A stretch of DNA of 64,000 nucleotides. Origin: Octopus sinensis. Its lineage: Eukaryota. The position numbers were made by a program, and so were the translations under genes. The notes under the pieces are model-generated. The model was not told the origin of the DNA and did no database searches. It worked only from the letters and a program-made list of their open reading frames with translations. Location: the NCBI RefSeq assembly GCF_006345805.1, contig NC_043002.1, forward strand, positions 92,380,001 through 92,444,000. Reading direction: 5' to 3'. Positions 38,150-52,745 of the stretch are shown here, piece by piece (the first letter of the stretch is position 1; each line of letters opens with the position of its first letter).

Positions 38150-39640
38150 TCGGTGATAAGTTATCTTGAATCTCAAGAATCCTTCCTAAGATTCTCCCAG
38201 AATGCAGATTTGCACTTTGCACAAGTCAGCACTTCGAGTCTCAATTCCAATATCTATTAGTCTCTTAGATAGCAGTGATTTGCCAAATGTACTAATTACC
38301 ATTGGAATCATTTTAGTCTTAGTCTTCCGCTATCTCTTCATCTCTTTGTCTAGGTTCTGATGTTTCTCAGTTTTCTTAATTCTTCTGATATCCACTCTTT
38401 TATCATATGGTATTGCAAAGTCTATGATTTTGCAGTGTTTGTTTATTTGTTTGTTTCTTTCCTCTACAATCATATCTGGACTTGTTACTTCAATATCATG
38501 CTCGGTCTTTATGGGGAAATCCCATAAAATCCTGTAAGTATTATTTTCTATCACAGTCTCCGGTTCATGTTCATACCACTTTTCTCTGATTCGTGTTCAT
38601 ACCACTTTTATCTACTTTAAAATCACACACTGGGTTAAAATCTCGGTTAGCACAATGTATAACACTTTGACCGATAAATGCATGTCTGCGATAATACTCT
38701 TTTCGTGCTAGCATACTACATTCGCTTAAGAGACGATTAATATTTTCATATCTTTTCACACAGATTCTGCGTTTAATCACTGACTGAGTTTTATTAATTT
38801 TTGTCTGTGTTAAATCTGTTCTAATGGTTTTTTCCGATTATTTCAGGCGACAATAATTAGCAGTTCCGTTTCTCGCTTCAAGTTTCCATCCATCAGTCAC
38901 AACCAACGTTCTTTACTTCCAACATCCTTGATCTTTGGTATGTATGAATCGCCAGTGTAATCCTTTCACTTCCCAGTTACTTATTCTGTTATTCTTCATT
39001 CTGTTCTTAAATTCTCCTATTGTTTCAGTAATCTTTTAGTCATTTCTAACCGCCGAGAGTATTCTTTCTTCACTACATACAACATAATTTCCAACCCCAC
39101 TAGACCAATGCTAATGATATCTTTCCTCTACCTCCTTCCTTTCTTGATAGAGAGAGATTCTCGATTTAACACTTAGGGTGGTGTTTGCTCTGCATTGTGA
39201 GCATCTTCCTAGTTCTCCTGTCTTGTAGATCTGTCTGTATATTTTAGAAAAGTAGTAGAATGTCTTAATACTGACGCAACCCATATATTTAATGCTTCGA
39301 TAATTTTCTCCCCATTTAATTTGATTTTGGGAACTTTTAGTAAACCATCTCTTGAGCTTTTCCAGATTTTCTCTCCTTTCTCCTCCCATCATCCTATCGT
39401 CTTGCAGCACTTCAAGATCCTTGTACCTTTCTTTATTTATCAGCGATCTAATAATATCACCTTGTAATTTTATATCATCAGGAATTATCTTTCGGCGGCT
39501 CCTTATATTTAGCATTACACACTCACTGATATCAAACTGCATCCCAGTATCTTTCGATTTGAGAATACAGGTCCTTTTTCACTTTTTGCATGTATTCTGA
39601 GGTCATCGATTTGCATATATAGCAATTCACTTTTAGTATA
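38150..39640 (-). mobile_element. 5'-truncated, degraded R4/Dong-like RLE LINE
   Basis: MQFDISECVMLNI…Y..L, R.YLxRKE.GR, C..C..YE.IN.LLSEC.MLARKEYYRRH, RILWDFPIKTEHDIE…PDMIV…IIDFAIPYD. Confidence 0.82.
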
Positions 39641-39689
39641 CAGCTTGTGGTCATCCATACAGCAGACATTGCTGGTGTTGTTGATGTCG

Positions 39690-39735
39690 TTATTGTCATT
39701 ATCATCGTCGTCGTCGTCATCATCATCATCATCAT

Positions 39736-39804
<69 letters not shown>

Positions 39805-39921
39805 TATTATTATCATTATCATTATTATTATCATTATTATTATTATCATTATTATTATTATCATTATTATTATTATTATTATCATTATTATTATTATTAT
39901 TATTATTATCATTATTATTAT
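39690..39921. repeat. (ATC)n/(ATT)n microsatellite
   Basis: Visible. Confidence 0.95.
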
Positions 39922-40135
39922 TGAAAGTGGCGAATTGGCAGAATCGTTATGTCGCCGGACAAAATTCTTAGCAGCATTTCGTCCGTCTGTACGTACTTAG
40001 TTCAAATTCCGCCGAGGTTGGATTAGTTTTCACCCTTTCGGGGTCGATAAAATAGATATCGGTTGAACACAGAGGTCGGTGTAATTGACTAGCGCCGTCT
40101 CCAAAGTTTCAAACACTGTGCCTATATAAGAAAAG
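39922..40135 (+). mobile_element. SINE family S2
   Basis: GTGGCGAATTGGCAGAATCGTT head directly after (ATT)n. Confidence 0.75.
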
Positions 40136-40429
40136 ACTACTATTATTTGCACTTTCAGCTCAGGTTTCATTGGAATTCCTGGAATATTGCATGAGTAGCG
40201 CGCTTGCTATCTGTACCCTATGGTATCGTGTTTTCTTTCTTCTCAACTATCAAGTAATTTCTTGATAATTCTGGAGTCAAATTTTTAGCAACAGCTCTGC
40301 TGAACACTATTCTCATATGTTCTTTTGTGATATTCTCCCAACAATAACACTATGTAACAAAATTTTTATATTTCTTATTTTCTTTGGTCAGTAGGTGTCA
40401 TTTCTAATTTGCTTCTATCTAGAAATCAA

Positions 40430-40825
40430 ATTAAGTGGCTGTGTGGTAAGTAGCTTGCTAACCAACCACATGGTTCCGAGTTCAGTCCCACTGCGTGGCA
40501 TCTTGGGCAAGTGTCTTCTGCTATAGCCTCGGGCCGACCAAAGCCTTGTGAGTGGATTTCTAGACGGAAACTGAAAGAAGCCTGTCGTATATATGTATAT
40601 ATATGTATGTGTTTGTGTGTTTGCCCCCCCTAGCATTGCTTGACAACCGATGCTGGTGTGTTTACGTCCCCGTTACTTAGCGGTTCGGCAAAAGAGACCG
40701 ATAGAATAAGTACTGGGCTTACAAAGAATAAGTCCCGGGGTCGATTTGGTCGACTAAAGGCGGTGATCCAGCATGGCCGCAGTCAAATGACTGAAACAAG
40801 TAAAAGAGTAAAAAAGAGTAAGAGT
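40430..40825 (+). mobile_element. SINE family S1
   Basis: Matches the S1 consensus along its length. Confidence 0.88.
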
Positions 40826-40998
40826 AAAATCACAACTATTCCCTTCTAACTTTGCTTTTGTGACCTGGACATCAAGGTCCTTAAAGTGACCTATTTTCAT
40901 TTACATTTCAGACACATTCACCGCTGAGTTGCTGAAGCAGAAATATTGTTATAGCAAATATTCTGCTCAATAACACAGATTGGCTGGTCAATTGTTTG

Positions 40999-41545
40999 AC
41001 CATAACCACTTGAGCATGGCCCTTAGTGGCTGACAATATGTGAATCTCTGATGAGGAGCAGGAGTAGTGGAGAAGCGTCATGGCCATGTATTGAGCAGGA
41101 TTCTTCGGGGTTTGCATGAATGCAAGAAAAACAAAGTTTGAAGGAAATATTAGCCATTTTCCATATTTTTCATACCATATTTTTCATATTTTTCATACCA
41201 TAACCACTTGAGCATGGCCCTTAGTGGCTGACAATATGTGCATCTCTGATGAGGAGCAGAAGTAGTGGAGGAGCATCATGACCATGTATTGAGAAGGATT
41301 CTTTGGGGTTTGTATGAATGTAAGAAAAACAAAGTTTGAAGGAAATATTAGCCATTTTCCATATTTTTCATACCATATTTTTCATATTTTTCATACCATA
41401 ACCACTTGAGCATGGCCCTTAGTGGCTGACAATATGTGCATCTCTGATGAGGAGCAGAAGTAGTGGAGGAGCATCATGGCCATGGTTTGCATGAATGCAA
41501 GAAAAACAAAGTTTGAAGGAAATATTAGCCATTTTCCACATTTTC
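40999..41545 (+). repeat. 198-bp tandem triplication
   Basis: Units start at 40999, 41197 and 41395 (the third has an internal deletion). The first ~110 bp of each unit is homologous to 47290-47400. Confidence 0.9.
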
Positions 41546-41589
41546 TAGGAATAAGCAAATAGGAAGTAACAGTTACGACCCAAGGACAA

Positions 41590-42255
41590 AAATCGTGTTA
41601 TACAGTATAATCGGTTTACATCTTTTTCATTTTTTCCAGTCAGTTAAGAGGATTGTACACGTCTGCTTTCTATCCTTCCTTCTTAAATATTCGTGAGTCA
41701 AATGAGCACGCAACATCAATTACAGAGCGCACATGGTCTACTTTGTTCCTTACCACTCACTAAATCCGGTTTGTTGTGCTCAAGGACCAGGTCCGTTTGA
41801 ATTGGGAAGTCTCACAGGATTTTGCAAATCTCCAACTCAATTACCCTCTGTGGTTTGTGTTCGTACTATGTCTTGCTTATCTCTAACCTCAACTTTTCAG
41901 TTTCTACTGCAAAACTTTTGCTACCTCATCATGTCTTCACAACTTATAGAGGTTTCGGCAAGTCTAAGACATTCGTTTACAATATGGTCAATAGTTCCAT
42001 CGAATTCATTACATATTCGGCACAACGGAGACACTTGCTCATATCTAAGACTGACACTCAATTTGTGGCTAAGACTTTGCCTTGCGCTGCGAGTATAGTG
42101 CCCTTAGTCTCCTTTTTAAGTGATCCTGTCTTTCACCCTTCCCACTTATGTTCTCCAGCAACTCCTGTTGTGCATACATGAAATTGTTTGTGCAAGCCTT
42201 TTTGGAGTAGTGCTTCTTGTATTTCTTTTATTTTCTCTGTTTTCTCTCCTTTCAA
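41590..42255 (-). pseudogene. Third R4/Dong-like RLE LINE fragment
   Basis: Minus strand reads G.LKKETKGTILAAQ…L.TN…C..C…YEHKPQ.V.E…KIL*DFPIQTD.VLEHNKPDLV. Confidence 0.72.
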
Positions 42256-42264
42256 TATGCACGA

Positions 42265-42450
42265 GGCGAGCTGGCACCGGAAAGTGGTGAGCTGGCAGAA
42301 TCGTTTGCAGACCAGGTAAAAAATACTTAATAGCATTTCGTCCGTCTTTGCGTTCTGAATTCGAATTCCGCCGAGCTCGACGTTACTTTTCATCCTTTTG
42401 GGGCCGATAAAATAAGTACCAGTTGAGCACCTCTCCCAAGCTGCCCTTGT
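42265..42450 (+). mobile_element. SINE family S2
   Basis: GGTGAGCTGGCAGAATCGTT head with a short duplicated head, then the core motif. Confidence 0.75.
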
Positions 42451-43111
42451 AGAAAAAATTTGAATTAATTATTACTGTTGTTGTTGTTGTTGTTGTTGTC
42501 GTTGTCGTCGTCGTCGTCATTGTTGTTGCTGCTGTTGATAATGATGAAGAGGAGGAGGGAAGAGGAGGGGTGGAGGAGGAGGAGGAGGAGGAGGAGTAAG
42601 AAGAAGAAGACGAGGAGGAGGAAGCGGAGGAGGAGGAGTTGTTGTCGCTGTCGCCCAAGGTCAAAACATCAGACAATAGTGAGTTAATTGGTATATCCGT
42701 ATTAGTTCAACAACTGTTTATCAAGTTATTAATATATCAACAATAAAAATGAGACAAAACACACAATAACAGAAAAAGTTTAAAATAGCAAAGAGAAAAT
42801 CAAAAATAGAAATTCACAATAAACTGAAGAAAACGAGGAAAAAAATTCATTCCATGGAACAATACCCTGCAAGACTTCACTGAGAAGACGTAATTTGAAC
42901 TGAAAAGCCAACAATCGTACTGAGTTGCGGATAAAAGCAGAAACAGGTCTTATTTTAAGTGTACGGGGTCAGTTACTAGCCTCTCCAGAAAACTATAAGA
43001 GCGAAATAATGTTTTCAAATTTTGGCACAGAGCCAGCAGTTTTTGAGGGGATGGGGAAGTTAATTACATCGAACCCAGTATTTGATTGGTATTTATTTTA
43101 TCGACTTAGTT

Positions 43112-43640
43112 CAGAGGTTCTCAACTATTTTTTTTATTTTGTCTATGGAGCACTATTTTATTCTGGTATTTTATTTGATATTTAAAAACAAGTTTTATAG
43201 AAACTTCTTTCAAAATTCTTAATATTGTTTTTCACCCATTAACTTGTGTAAGGTTGAACTATGTAAAATGTTAGAAACCTAACTGTTTCTGGCAATACAG
43301 TCCAATACATACATCTAAAGCAGAGGTATTCAACTCTTTATTCTTTACTCTTTTACTTGTTTCAGTCATTTGACTGCGGCCATGCTGGAGCACCGCCTTT
43401 GGTCGAGCAAATCGACCCCGGGACTTAATCTTTGTAAGCCCAGTACTTATTCTATCAGTCTCTTTTTTTTATCTACGGACCCCTTTGATTATTCTATTAT
43501 TCTAATGGACCCCTATAGCCATTCGATGTTCAAAAACTAGGTTTATAGAAATTTCTTTCAAAATTCCTATTTTGTTTTTCACACATTAACTTGCGTACGT
43601 TGAGCTATGTAAATTGTTAGAGAAAGAAACCGAGCTTTTT
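43112..43640. mobile_element. Two tandem hAT(Charlie)-like MITE fragments; S1 SINE tail inserted at ~43335-43465
   Basis: CAGAGGTTCTCAACT (43112) and CAGAGGTATTCAACT (43321) resemble Charlie-type TIR starts. 43180-43285 is repeated at 43530-43630. Confidence 0.45.
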
Positions 43641-44794
43641 CGGCGAGGAATTGCTAGGGGTCGATGATAGCCAAGGGGTCGAATGGGAGTCGGCGTGCGA
43701 AAGACCAGCTCACCCAGATGAACTGTTTAAAATACTTAGTCAGCATCGTACATGTATCTTTTAGCTGATATTTTAGTTGCCAGCATCAGTACCCGGTACG
43801 CATTTAAGATATGGTACGGTAGGGTAGGGTATTAAGATATTTTAAATGAAGAGGTGGGGTCGGTGCGGAAGTACAGTTTTTGATTGGGCAAGAGTTAGGA
43901 AATTGGGGTGGGGGTTACGTGGTTTTTGAACGCATTGAAAACCTGTCAGTGGATATAGTCTCCGTTGCGAAATTCTCAGTCTTATTGTTAAAAGGCATGA
44001 AATTGTGTATTAGTACTTCGGTCGATAACTGATGAAGAATTAGGGCCCTTCTGTGTCTGCCCTATGTGTACGTTTTTTAGTACTTAATTCATTTTTCCTT
44101 TATCGAGTAACTGAACGCCACGCATCCCGACTTTTGTTACCATAAGTTTTTTTTATATATATATATTTTTTGCGATTCTGTCTTCTTTCTTTCTCTCTCG
44201 TCCTCACGTTCCTTTTCTAGCATCCCAACTCCCTCTCTTGCTCTCTCTCTCTCTCTCTCTCTCGTCTTCTCACTCGTAATTGTAGACTTTCTCCCTTCCT
44301 TCCTTCCCTGTTCTCTTTGCCGTTATCTCTCTCTTTCTTTCTCGCTCTCTCTCCCCTCCTTCCCCTCCATCTACTCCCCACACATAACCTGTGACTAATT
44401 TTCCCACATCTCTGTCTTTCGGCACCGGACGCTTACCTTGCCGGTCAACATCTATCTCCTCTCTTGCTATTTCTTTTTCTGTATCCATTCAGAATTTCTT
44501 CCAAGCGTTACCCATCATTCCCGTCTGTTCAGTCGAAAGGCCGTATTTGTTCCGTCTTCATCTATCGTTTCAAATTACATTTGTTTGCTTTCGTACGTCC
44601 ACTCTGTATCATTTTGTCTGCTCGAGCCCCAATTCTCCGCAAATTTTACGGGTGCCTCCGATATGCGAAATTGTCAGGCTTATCGTTAAAGGCATGAAAC
44701 TGTGTATTGGTCTTCGCTCGATAACTGATTAAGAATTAGGGTCCTTCTGTGTCTGCCCTATGTTTATGTTTTTTAGTATTTAATGCATTTTTCA

Positions 44795-45017
44795 TTTATT
44801 GAGCGAAAACACCTAAAGCTCCACAAGGGTCCGGCAGAGGGTGGAATGGCGATCCCTGCTGCACTCTTTCGCCACAACTTTCTCTCACTCTTTCTTCTGT
44901 TGGCCTGCTCGCTTAGCCAGCGGGGTGGCGTCATTTGAAGGCTAAAACAATGCGAAGCGCATTGTGACCAGCGATGTGTAGCAACATCTGATAGCCTAGT
45001 CGGTCACGGTGATCATG

Positions 45018-45020
<3 letters not shown>
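44795..45020 (+). mobile_element. SINE family S3, 5'-truncated
   Basis: Shares its body with 14640-14745 and its tail with 136-300. Confidence 0.8.
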
Positions 45021-45049
<29 letters not shown>

Positions 45050-45053
<4 letters not shown>

Positions 45054-45290
45054 GGTGTATCCAAAAGAAACTGGAATTTTGCAATATTATTTTATTCGTT
45101 TAGTTTTACATGTTTACACTTTTATCGCCTTCAAAGGATTCTCTATTTGAAGCAATGCATTCTGTTCAGACGCCTTTTCCACTATTCGAAGCAGTGCTGT
45201 AACTCTTACAAAGTAATTCCTTTTAACGCTTCCGTCGTTCTTTGCTCCACCTTTTCTACATCTGCAAATTACGTAACATCAGCTTTCGCC
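45050..45290 (-). pseudogene. Mariner 3' end (TIR plus transposase C-terminus)
   Basis: TA|TGAGGGTGTATCCAAAAGAAACTGGAAT TIR. Minus strand encodes a KTTEALK.I…CFE.WK.R…CI…G.YFEG-like C-terminus. Confidence 0.75.
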
Positions 45291-45341
45291 ACCAGTGCTG
45301 ACCTTCGAGAAAAGGTCCGGATCAATTTATATATATATATA

Positions 45342-45400
<59 letters not shown>

Positions 45401-45504
45401 TCATGTATATAGTTTAGCATATTCTTATGCAGTTTATTTGGGACATTTAAGTTGTTTGGCTGAACAAGTTTGTCACTCTACTTTCCTGAATAAACTGAAT
45501 ATTC

Positions 45505-45734
45505 TTTACTCTTTTACTCTTTTACTTGTTTCAGTCATGTGACTGTGGCCATGCTGGAGCACCACCTTTAGTCGATCAAATCGACCCCAGGACTCATTCT
45601 TTGTAAGCCCAGTACTTATTTTATCGGTCTCTTTTTGCCGAACCGCTAAGTTACGGGGACGTAAACACACCAGCATCGGTTGTCAAGCGATGTTGGGGGG
45701 ACAAACACAGACACACAAACACGCACATATATAT

Positions 45735-45788
<54 letters not shown>

Positions 45789-45955
45789 TATATATACGAC
45801 GGGCTTCTTTCAGTTTCCGTCTACCAGATCCACTCACAAGGCTTTGGTCGGCCCGAGGCTATAGTAGAAGACACTTACCCAAGGTGCCACGCAGTGGGAC
45901 TGAACCCGGAACCATGTGGTTCGTAAGCAAGCTACTTACCACACAGCCACTCCTA
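45505..45955 (-). mobile_element. SINE family S1, full length
   Basis: Matches the S1 consensus. Confidence 0.88.
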
Positions 45956-46308
45956 ATATTTTTTTAAAATCAACTTCAAAAAAATATATAATGAATTGAT
46001 GCAACTATATTCATGTTACATAATTAACCTTCCTCCTATAGGCAAAAGACCTGAAATTTGGAGGAGTCGGTAGTCGATTACATTGATACCAGGACACAAC
46101 TGGTATTTATTTTTTCGACCCCGAAAGGATGGAAGGCAAAGTGGTTCTGGGCGGAATTTGAATTCAGAACGTGAAAACGGACGAAATGCCGCTATGCATT
46201 TTGCGGTAACGATTCTATCAACATCACGCCTTTACGTTACGTGATAACTCGAGTACAGCCGGATAGTGGTCCCGATGTGCGTATAAATAGATAGAAAGAG
46301 AGAGAGAG

Positions 46309-46353
<45 letters not shown>

Positions 46354-46794
46354 CACACATTTGCATATACGGGAGGATAGGAAATCGTTTATAATAATCA
46401 CGAAAATCATTATCAAGTGGGTGTTGCTACCTAACTTTCTGGGTCGCAAACTCTTTATTTATTTAATGTTGTCAGTCAGTCCTGGCACTATTATCTGCCG
46501 GTTATTCTTATCAGCCTACTTTTGTAAAACAAAAAAAAGCTTCACCGAAAAGTAATCACAACAAACAGCCTCCACTTTTAATCATTCTAATCAAATTGGA
46601 ACTGAGATTCTTAGATTTAAAAACAAAAAAAATCTGATGATAACATAATGCAGATGATACAGCAATATTCGTGAGAGTCTTTAGATAATTTTGATAACAA
46701 TATCCGTTGGTTAACATTATTATATTAAGCATTTATTGTCATCACTTTGGGACAGAGATTCTTAAATTGCAAGAAAATTGTCTGATAATATTGA

Positions 46795-48440
<1,646 letters not shown>

Positions 48441-48819
48441 TGGTTATCATGATAATAATATGCGGCTTCCACTGTATCTATCTCAGGCATAGTATACAAT
48501 AAAAAGAGATCGTGGCGCCTGGGTAATCTCAATTTGCTGATTATGATCACGTAGTTCAGTGAATGAAATAGCAACAAAACAATAAAATATACACGTAAAA
48601 AATTATAAACAAATACATAAAATTCGGTGAAACAAACAGCAAATATTTGTATAGTGACGTCAAGGTTCTGGAGAATTTCCTGCAAAGAAAATAAATTAGG
48701 TCAACATTAGTATTTCTACCTGACTATATATATGCATGTAATGAATGTAGGTTTATACATACATGCATGCATACACACACACACGCATATATAAACATAT
48801 ATACATACACACATATGTG

Positions 48820-48857
<38 letters not shown>

Positions 48858-48884
48858 TACATACATTCAAACATGGATGCATAT

Positions 48885-49305
48885 ATTCTTTTACTCGTTT
48901 CAGTCATTTGACTGCGGCCATGCTGCAGCACGGTCTTTAGTCGAACAAAACGACACCCACGATTTATCGGTTTGTAAGCCTAGTACCTATTCTGTCGGAC
49001 ACTTGCCGAACCGCTAAGTTACGGGGACGTAAACACACCAACATCGGTTGTCAAGCGATGGTGGGAGGACAAAAATAGACACATAAATACATACATACAT
49101 ACATATATATACATATATATATATATGCATGTATATATATGTATGTATATATACGACAGACTTCTTTCAGTTTCCGTCTGCCAAATCCACTCACAAGGCT
49201 TTTGTCGACCCGAAGCTATAGTAGAAGATATTTGCTAAAGGTGCCATGCAGTGGGACTGAACCTGGAACTATGTGGTTGGGAAGCAAGCTTTATACCACA
49301 CAGCT
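48885..49305 (-). mobile_element. SINE family S1
   Basis: Matches the S1 consensus. Confidence 0.85.
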
Positions 49306-49507
49306 ATATATAAACAAAACGAAATAATGGAACAAGAACGTAACAAAAGCAGAAAATAAAACTCTTTTTGTTTGAAAATTGTTTAAGTGACGGAAATCAT
49401 CAATTGTCTCTGCTTACAGAACAAGTAGTGTTAACATAGCTGAAAATGTACATTACTGAATTCCAGTAATAGTGTATTGATAGCTGTGTAAGGGACGTAT
49501 ACATACA

Positions 49508-49546
<39 letters not shown>

Positions 49547-49549
<3 letters not shown>

Positions 49550-49825
49550 TTCAGCAAAATTTAGATTCAAATGAATATGGTACTTAAGCTAGATGCACCA
49601 GAATTTTGTATGGTGTTATCCATATAAATCCATAGGGTGATTATGATCAAAATAAGCAACAAGAATATCTTCGGTAATGTATTGATGGAAAACCTCTATA
49701 AATGGCTGATGATTGCTCAACATTTTAAAACTGTTGTAACACTTACAATGTTTAATAAAATGATGTTGCGTGAAACGATCGTACCAAATTACCGAAGATA
49801 TTCTTGTTGCGTATTTTGATTATAT
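49547..49825. mobile_element. PLE family B pLTRs in inverted (fold-back) arrangement
   Basis: 49547-49678 is the reverse complement of the family B 3' end (3710-3835). The plus-strand part carries an HHR. 33-bp inverted repeat at 49646-49678 / 49788-49820. Confidence 0.78.
49703..49786 (+). ncRNA. Minimal type I hammerhead ribozyme (family B)
   Basis: UGG-CUGAUGA-long stem II-GAAAC-GAUC-GUA-CCA, with palindromic ACGAUCGU stem III. Confidence 0.72.
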
Positions 49826-49836
49826 ACATACATACA

Positions 49837-49868
<32 letters not shown>

Positions 49869-49872
49869 CACA

Positions 49873-50045
49873 CAACTGACACTCCGTCGGTTACGACGAC
49901 GAGGGTTGCAGTTGATCCGATCTACAGAACAGACTGCTCGTGAAATTAACGTCACTGAGAATTCCGAAGATACGCGTTTCGTAACGTGATATTGATCGTG
50001 ACACAGAGTGTGACAAGGCTGGTCCTTTGAAATACAGGTGCTACT
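49873..50045 (-). mobile_element. SINE S3 alternative tail fragment (related piece at 15835-15955)
   Basis: Shares GTGACACAGAGTGTGACAAGGCTGG…TTTGAAATACAGGT with 14585-14628 and CTCGTGAAATTAACGT with 15890-15903. Confidence 0.65.
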
Positions 50046-50328
50046 CAGTTCTGCCAGCTGAGGGAACTGAGGCAATGTGAAATAAAGTGCCTTGCTCAAG
50101 GACAAAATGCACCGCCAAATATTAAACTCTTTCAGATATAAAGACAGAATGAACTAGGCGGAACAGGAGGATACACATGGATGGAAAGGGTCGCTGAAGA
50201 GGTCACAGATGTGCGTCAAAAGATTTCCAGACAATGGACATAAGAACAATAATAAACAAGTGAAGAAGGAATAAATAGTGCGTGTGTTTATTTGGCAAAA
50301 AAAGAAATAAAGGACCATCTCGAAATAT

Positions 50329-50364
<36 letters not shown>

Positions 50365-50378
<14 letters not shown>

Positions 50379-50605
50379 ATACCGGAGTAAACACATAAAT
50401 GTGAAACAAGGTGGAAAAAAGAGTACTCAAATACCAGAGGTAGAGTAATATGCTTTATTTAAAAGCAGCAGAAATTTAACAAAAGCTGTTACTCGGAGTT
50501 TCACATTTGTCATCTCGGTTCTGTTTTAATAAAACTGTCCGACGAACGGGAACGTGAAACTCCGAGTAACAGCTTTTGTTAAATTTCTGCTGCTTTTAAA
50601 TAAAG
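50365..50605. mobile_element. PLE family C pLTRs in inverted arrangement
   Basis: Perfect 52-bp inverted repeat at 50453-50504 / 50554-50605, homologous to 57186-57256. (TA)n on both sides. Confidence 0.8.
50535..50572 (+). ncRNA. Minimal hammerhead motif (family C; U4C)
   Basis: CUGU-CCGACGA-ACG(GGAA)CGU-GAAAC-UCCGA-GUA-ACAG. Confidence 0.6.
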
Positions 50606-50629
50606 TATATATATATATATATATATATA

Positions 50630-50999
50630 TAGGCGTAGGGATGGCTGTGTAGTAAGTAGCTTGCTTACGAACCACATGGTTCCGAGTTCAGTTCAGTCCC
50701 ACTGCGTAGCACCTTGGGCAAGTGTCTTCTACTATAACCTCGGGCCGACCAAAGCCTTGTGAGTGGATTTGGTAGACGGAAACTGAAAGAAGCCCGTCGT
50801 ATATATGTATACATGTATATATATATGTGTGTGTATGTTTGTGTGTTGTGTTTGCCCCCCACCCCCAACATCGCTTGACAACCGATGCTGGTGTGTTTAT
50901 GTCAAATGACTGAAACAAGTAAATGAGTAAAATGAGTCATGAGTATATATATAGGGAGAATTCACAAAAAAAAACCAAAAGACGAAAACAGGTGGTGTA

Positions 51000-51086
<87 letters not shown>

Positions 51087-51990
51087 GTGTGTGTGTGAAT
51101 GACACTAAACACATTAAGTTGTAGTTTTACATGTATCATATATACATAGGATCGGTCGAGGCTGTGTGGTGAGACGCTTGCTTCCCAACCACAAGATTCT
51201 GGTCTCAGTCACAAGTATTTTCTTCTGTAGAACCGGGCCGACCAAAGCCTTGTGTGTGTGGATTTGATAGACAGAAACTGAAAGAAGCCTTTCGTATGTG
51301 TGTGTGTGTGCGCGCGTGTGCATGTATTTATGTGTGCGTGCGTCTTTGTCCACCCCCACGACCGCTATCGCTTGACAAGCGATGATGGTGTGTGTTTGTC
51401 CTCGTAACCTAGCGGTTCGGCAATGGGACCGATAGAATAAGTACTAGGCATACAAAGAATAAGTCCTGGCGCCGATTTCTTCCACTAAAAAAAAACCCTT
51501 AAAGGCGCTGCTCCATCATGGCCGCAATCAAATGACTGAAACAAATAAATGAATAAAAGAATAAACGAGAAATATAAACATAGGCGTAGGAGTGGCTGTG
51601 TGGTAAGTAGCTTGCTTACCAACCACACGGTTTCGGGTTCAGTCCCACTGCTTCATACCTTGGGCAAGTGCCTTATACTTTAGCCTCGGGTCAATGAGAG
51701 CCTTGTGAGTGGATTTGGTAGATGGAAACTGAAAGAAGCCCATCATATATATGTATATATCTATGTATGTGTGTGTATATGTTTGTGTGTCTATGTTTGT
51801 CCCCCCCCCAACATCGCTTGACAACCGATGCTGGTGTGTTTACGTCCCATTAACTTAGCGGTTCGGCAAAAGAGACCGATAGAATAAGTACTAGGCTTAC
51901 AAAGAATAAGTCCTGGGGTCGATTTGCTCGACTAAAGGCGATGCTCCAGCATGGCTGCAGTCACATGACTGAAACGAGTAAAAGAGTATA
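50630..51990 (+). mobile_element. Three co-oriented S1 SINE copies (50630-50935, 51150-51565, 51580-51990) plus a family A pLTR end (50941-51000, -)
   Basis: Repeated S1 head, core and tail. 50945-51000 is the reverse complement of the pLTR A 3' end. Confidence 0.8.
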
Positions 51991-52601
51991 CACAAATATT
52001 TGCGCATTTGTGCAAACACGTTGGAGTGTATATGTGTGTGAGAAAGAGAGAGAGGGGGGATGGTGAGAGAGAGAGTGTGTGTGTGAGAGAGAGAGTGTGT
52101 GTGTGAGAGAATTAATGAAAACGCTTAATAAACAATGTCGTAGATGAAATATAGGTTGTTAGGAAGTCTGCCGACGCATTCACATAATGGGCTGCGCCGA
52201 TAAAATAGCCTCCTTGTTAGTTCTGACCTGTCACGTGTGAGGCTAGACTAACGGTTCTAAGAAAATCCCATTTTGTCATTCTACTTCTAATGTTTATTAC
52301 AAAACACTGCCAACTTCCTGTTATATTTTTAGATTGCAGAGTTATACCGATTAAAAAAAAAAACTATGTACATATATAATTGTATGTAATTATTTATACG
52401 TACATATACAATTATAGATATGTGTATCCGCCTCCGTATATGGATATGTAGGTATTTATGTATTGTTGTGTGTATGTATGTGTGTGTCTCTGTGTGTGTA
52501 TATGTGCGTGTGTTTACATAAATACATACACACATGGCGAGAGAGAAAGAGAGGTACAATATATGTATATATATGAATATATTATATATACATATACATA
52601 T

Positions 52602-52652
<51 letters not shown>

Positions 52653-52699
52653 GTATATATATATTCATATATATACATATATTGTATCTCTCTTTATAC

Positions 52700-52745
<46 letters not shown>

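Noticed and set aside
40999-41545. CRISPR array or hammerhead retrozyme
   Set aside because: No repeat-spacer structure (units are near-identical throughout), the context is eukaryotic, and CTGATGA has no matching stem II/GAAAC/stem I.
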